From NCBI RefSeq assembly GCF_009914755.1, contig NC_060927.1: 64,000 nt of DNA. One strand, written 5' to 3'. Position 1 is the stretch's first letter; every line of letters begins with the position of its first letter. Positions 58,323 to 64,000 of this stretch are shown piece by piece. A program made the position numbers and the translations under genes. The DNA is from the human T2T-CHM13v2.0 reference genome, Homo sapiens. The notes under the pieces are model-generated. The model was not told the origin of the DNA, did no database searches, and saw only the letters and a program-made list of their open reading frames with translations.

Positions 58323-58537
58323 CTTGTTTAAAAGTTTGTCTGAGTAGTAAAGGCTCCAAAGATGGATCCAGTTCTTCACCAACATTTTCTAATAGAAGTG
58401 GAGTTCCAAACTGAATACAGTTTTCCAATGTTCTCATATAGTCTGAATCTGATAGCTTAATAACACTAAGCTGATTTTCTTTCTCAGAGTTTTTGATCCA
58501 CTTATTGGCTTGACCCTGGGGGTCAATCATTAAAGGC
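58323..58537 (-). CDS. DNAH12: Dynein heavy chain exon, start of AAA5 (215 bp); most 5' exon found in the window
   Basis: AG at 58538-58539; donor G|GTATAA; (W)PLMIDPQGQANKWIKNSEKENQLSVIKLSDSDYMRTLENCIQFGTPLLLENVGEELDPSLEPLLLRQTFKQ(G); phase 2-1. Confidence 0.95.
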
Positions 58538-59162
58538 CTAGAATATAATAAGAAAAATTCTGAGAGGAAGACATAGACGTTGAGATTTCTTTAAAATTAT
58601 ATAAATAATAAACATCACCATCAATCTGTACAAAGTATTTCACATACATTATCAGCATTACTCTTCACAAAAGTCCTATGAGAAAAAAATGAAAAGGAGT
58701 TTTTTTTTTTCTTTCTTATTTATTTTTCAAATGAAGAAATTCAGTCTCAGGAAGTACTCTGCCCAAGGTCCCAAGGTTCCAAAACTAGTTCAGTGTTAAG
58801 AAGTAGTAGGACCTTGTGAATCTACGAGCTCTGCTCTTCCCAATATAATATGCTGTCTTCATGGTAACTTTAATACACGACATCTGTTAACATAATATGA
58901 AAATAATACTATAAAATATTTGATAAACATTTAAAACAAGAGATCCACTAGCATAAAAGGGATTTCCTCAGATTATGAGTAGAATTACAAACTGTGTCCA
59001 AGTTTAGGGTGGTATATATCTGAGATCTATTTAGGAGTTTCTTCTGAGTTAGTAAAGACTGTGTTCAAGAACATATGATTCATGGTTCAGATGTGTAATA
59101 TATGATGTGCTTTTCTCTTCCTCATGGATGATGCTGACTGTCCTAGGTTTCTCTTGTATTCA

Positions 59163-59650
<488 letters not shown>

Positions 59651-61468
59651 AACAGAAAAGGGAGTTTTTGTCCCATGTCACTTCAGCTTTCCCATTCTCT
59701 TTCTATTCCAACAGCTTCTAGGGCTAGGGCTAAAATCCCCTTTCCCTATGAATAAGCTCTTTAATTTATTCTCAAATAACTGTGTTCTTTTAGTTTCTTT
59801 CTTTCCCCAAAGACAAAACTAGCTGACTAGATGTTTTCTTTCTTGGCTCTAATTGTGCTGAAATCCCACCTAAAGTACAAAAAGGTCCAGACGGTACTTA
59901 AAATCTACTTTTCCTACCACAGCAAGAAAGCAAACAATAAAGTTATTTTTTCATAGAAGTTACCTAGTAGTTAGACTAGTAAATGCTTTTAGTACCTTTC
60001 AAGCCCCTGTTTAAAGAGATATTATTTTCTTCCTTTCATGTCTTTATTATTGGAAAAATACAGTAAGTGTTCATTCTCTCACAAAATGTAACATCTATAA
60101 ATTAACATTCTAATGTTAATAAATGTCCTTGGTAATGCCTAAATAAATGTTCTTGGTTATCCAATAATTAGAGATTCTTGTCTACTCTGAAAGAAATCTG
60201 ACTTCTATTTAATATAACCTTATGTGAATACTGGAAAATTGGATTGTTGTGTCCATCATAGAAATAAGGCCAGGCCATGGTATTTGCATTCTAAGTATAC
60301 CTTACTCTAGGTATGAAAATAATACTAGGCTACATTTGAGATCTTTGAGCAGTCTGAAGAAAGCAGCATTATCCATCTATGTTTCTGACAGAGGTGGTAA
60401 TTTGGAGGAAAATAAGCTTTGCTGTTAAGTAGCCAAAGCAATGTATAAACACTAAAAAAGGAACAGACTATTTTGCATTTTATTTGTTTGTCTCCTACCT
60501 CCACCTAGGAGACATAGTAAGTGTTTTCATCATGGTTGAAACATAGCAAAATCAGAGCTTAAGATATAGACTAAAATGAGATATTCAAAGATAATTATAA
60601 AAAACTAACATTTCTTGAGCACTTATGTGCTAAGTGCTTTCTCACAACATTTCTATGAAGTAGGAGTTATTTTCACTTACAGATGGGGAAACCAAGGCAT
60701 TGAGAGGTCAAATACGTTACCAAAATCTCAAGACAGAAAGTGAGGAAGCTTGAACCCAAATGTCCTGACTCCAGAGTCTGAACTGCTCTCAACCATTGCA
60801 CAATATTATAAACAGACAAACTGTTAGAAACTATAAAGAGCAAGCACAATGATTAATTATAAACTATGGTCACAACAGCATGACTGGCTAAAAATCCTTC
60901 TTCCTCCTAGTACTGATGGATAAAATATGACATTATTTTAAATGCACAGGTTAATTGAGGCTTGCATTTAAAAGACACATACATACATCCACACATATCT
61001 AATACATAGATACAGAAAAACACAGGTGCCCAAACAGATAAAACTAAAATCCAGAACAGTAAGTTTGTGAGCTAAACTGACACCTGGACTTGGGAAGAGT
61101 ATCAGTCTGATAACCTAGAGGCTCACTAGGTCCATATGTTGGGGGAGGCTGGAACTGAGACCTTTGCATGAAGCTGAAACTCACAAAAGGCTTAATGAAG
61201 TCACTGACAGAAAAATTTCAAGCCTATGCATAAAGAGATAAGAAGGAAATGTTTTGATTCCCATCTCATATCTGGCTAGGAAAAAGTGTCCCCTGAAAAT
61301 GTGAATGTGTAGCTGTGGGTCTATATCTCATACAGGTTTAGGATATAAATTTATACCACCTGCATGACTGAGGAAACTCCAAGATGGAAAATTAACATGT
61401 TTGTGGCCAGCAATACACCAAAGAATCCTGGAAGAAGCAAAGGCAACACACACACTGCAGCTGAAAGT

Positions 61469-61726
61469 AGATTTGAAAGTTTACCCCTACTGCCACTCCA
61501 GTGGTTCCCCAACTGAAGTTTAGTTTTTTTTATTCTTGGAAAGCATAATATATATATAAATATCAAAGATAAGAAAAATTTTAATGAAATGTCTTCTTTT
61601 AACATCTTAACATATACTCACAGTATTCATTTCTTACAAAATGACTTGTTCTTTGATTTTAGGCTATTAATGGTAAATTACTTTAAAAATGTATTTGTAT
61701 TTCTTAAGTGTAGCATTTCATACTAA
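61469..61726 (-). repeat. Inverted copy of 49448-50036 lacking the Alu
   Basis: Reverse-complement alignment by eye, including a 33-bp exact block. Confidence 0.9.
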
Positions 61727-61804
61727 AAATCACCGAATTGTACAATTTAAAAGGGTAAATTTTATGGTACATGAATTATATATCAATACAGCTGTTAAAA
61801 ATGA

Positions 61805-61940
61805 TGGGAGGTGGGGGCACTACAAATGCCTGTAGTTCCAGCTACATCAGGAGGCTGAGCCCAGGAGGTCAAGGCTGCAGTGGGCCATGATTGCACTACT
61901 ACACTCCAGCCTAGGTGACAAACTGAGACCCCCATCTCAA

Positions 61941-61979
<39 letters not shown>

Positions 61980-61985
61980 GTGCAT
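61805..61985 (+). mobile_element. Alu right monomer (FRAM-like) with (CA)n tail
   Basis: GCCTGTAGTTCCAGCTAC...GAGACCCCCATCTCAAAA followed by a CA repeat. Confidence 0.8.
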
Positions 61986-62218
61986 ACACACCTGGACACA
62001 TCAAACTGCTGAAAACTAAAGACAGAGAAAAATTGGAAAATTTCCAGAGGGGAAAAAAGATACATTACATAAAGAGGAACTAAAGTAAGACTTAGAGTAG
62101 ACTTCTCATCAGACTATGTAGGTCAGAAGCAATGTAGTGACATCTTGAAAGAAAAAACAAAAAGCCCCAAAACAAAAGCAAAAAGCAAAAAACAACTGTC
62201 AACCCAGAATTCTAAACT

Positions 62219-62222
<4 letters not shown>

Positions 62223-62259
<37 letters not shown>
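62223..62259 (+). repeat. Perfect A37 homopolymer inside an old L1M ORF1 remnant
   Basis: 37 consecutive A. Confidence 0.95.
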
Positions 62260-62261
<2 letters not shown>

Positions 62262-63612
62262 CTTTCAAAATGAAGATGAAATAAAGACTTTTTTCAAGGT
62301 TGGTTAATAGATACAGAAATATAGTTAAGTAGAAGGCACAAGATCTAGCATTTGATAGTGCAGTAGGGTAACTATAGTTAACAATAGTTTATTGTATAAT
62401 TCAAAACTGCTAGAAAAGAAGAATTGGAATATTCCTGACATAAATAAAATATAAATGTTTAAAGTGATGAATACCCCATTATCCTGATTTGATCACTGTA
62501 CATGGAATGAATGTATTAAAATACCACATATATCCTTGAAATATGTACAACTATTACATATTAATTGTTTTAAAAGATTTTTTTTAGGCCAGAAAAAGAA
62601 AAAAGCTGAATTCACTGCCAGTAGACCTGTTCACATGAAGTGTTAAAGGACATTTTTCAGGCAGAAGAAATGTGAAACCAAACAGAAACTCAAAGAAATT
62701 AAGAGTTCCCAAAATGGGAAAAAGATGAAGGTAAACATAAGACTTTTTTTCTTATATTTAATCACTCTAAAAGATAAATTATTGTCTAAAGTAAAAATAA
62801 AGAGAATGTATTATAGAATTTATGGCATATGAAAAAGTGAAATATATAACAGCACAAAAGACAGAAAAGAGAATTATACTGTTGAAAGATATTTACGCTA
62901 TATATATAATAGCATAAAATTATTTGAAGATATTCAGTAAAGAACTAGAGATGGATGATATTATAAATACCAGCACAAACACTAAAAATAGGGAGTGTTT
63001 AACCAATAAGCCAATGTGGACATAAAATGGAATCATAAAAAAAAAATTCAGTTAATCCAAATCCAAGAAGAAAAAGAAGAAAAAAGGAACAAAGAACAAA
63101 GGAGACAAATAGAAAAGAACAAGATGGTAGATTTAAATCTAAGTGTATCAATAATTCCACTAAATGTAAATGATCTAAATACTGTGATTAAAAATAGAAA
63201 GAAAAAGTCATTTTAAAAGCAATTCACAAGTCCTCACTAAAATTAGAAAGACTAAAGGGACAAAACAGTGAGGAAATAATGGATAACTCAACAAATAGTG
63301 CTGGAGTAAATGGCTATCATTATAAAAATAAATAAAATTACCTTTCATCATGTCCAAAAATGCAAAAAGAAGGAAGCAAACACGAGAGTCCTAACTGTAA
63401 AAAGTACACTGCTTTTCCAGGTCATGACTCTTTTTCTGAGAACTACACTCCTGGTCTTCAATACTCATGTTTGTTACTCTGGCTTGGGTCCCGCAGCTGT
63501 AAGTTACTAGACCTAAGGTGAATATTTGTCCCAAGCTAGACCAATCAGATGTTTTTCACAGGAATTAGAATTTGGACTCAGTGGTTATAGTTAATCTATA
63601 TTACTCAACTGA

Positions 63613-63917
<305 letters not shown>

Positions 63918-64000
63918 CACAACAGCCATTTTCTAAATTGCAATTTAAACAATCTGAATGGTCACGAAACACATGGAAATGGGTTCTAAAACAGAATTAA

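Overview
Primate (most likely human/great-ape) genomic DNA. The only gene is an internal 64-kb section of an axonemal dynein heavy chain on the minus strand, recognised as DNAH12. I reconstructed 13 GT-AG exons (the last cut by the window edge) that splice in phase into about 755 uninterrupted codons covering AAA5, the buttress coiled coil, AAA6 and the start of the C-terminal domain. The introns are largely transposable elements: a full-length L1PA3-type LINE with open ORF1 and broken ORF2, an SVA_A-type element, a HERV-K LTR5A solo LTR, MER34/MER31/MER41A/THE1-MSTA/MLT2 LTRs, Tigger/MER DNA transposons, old L1M/L1PB copies and about 27 Alus. I found no evidence for a new gene or gene system. 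The most interesting signals are structural: a ~260-bp inverted duplication bracketing three exons that preserves a pre-Alu empty site, an SVA and an L1 with apparent 3' transductions, a locally templated L1 fragment inside a Tigger2, a tailless Alu fragment with a 16-bp duplication, two twin-primed L1 inversions, and an L1 antisense promoter aimed at the AAA6 exons. Repeat subfamily names come from recalled consensus motifs, and boundaries of old repeats are approximate.
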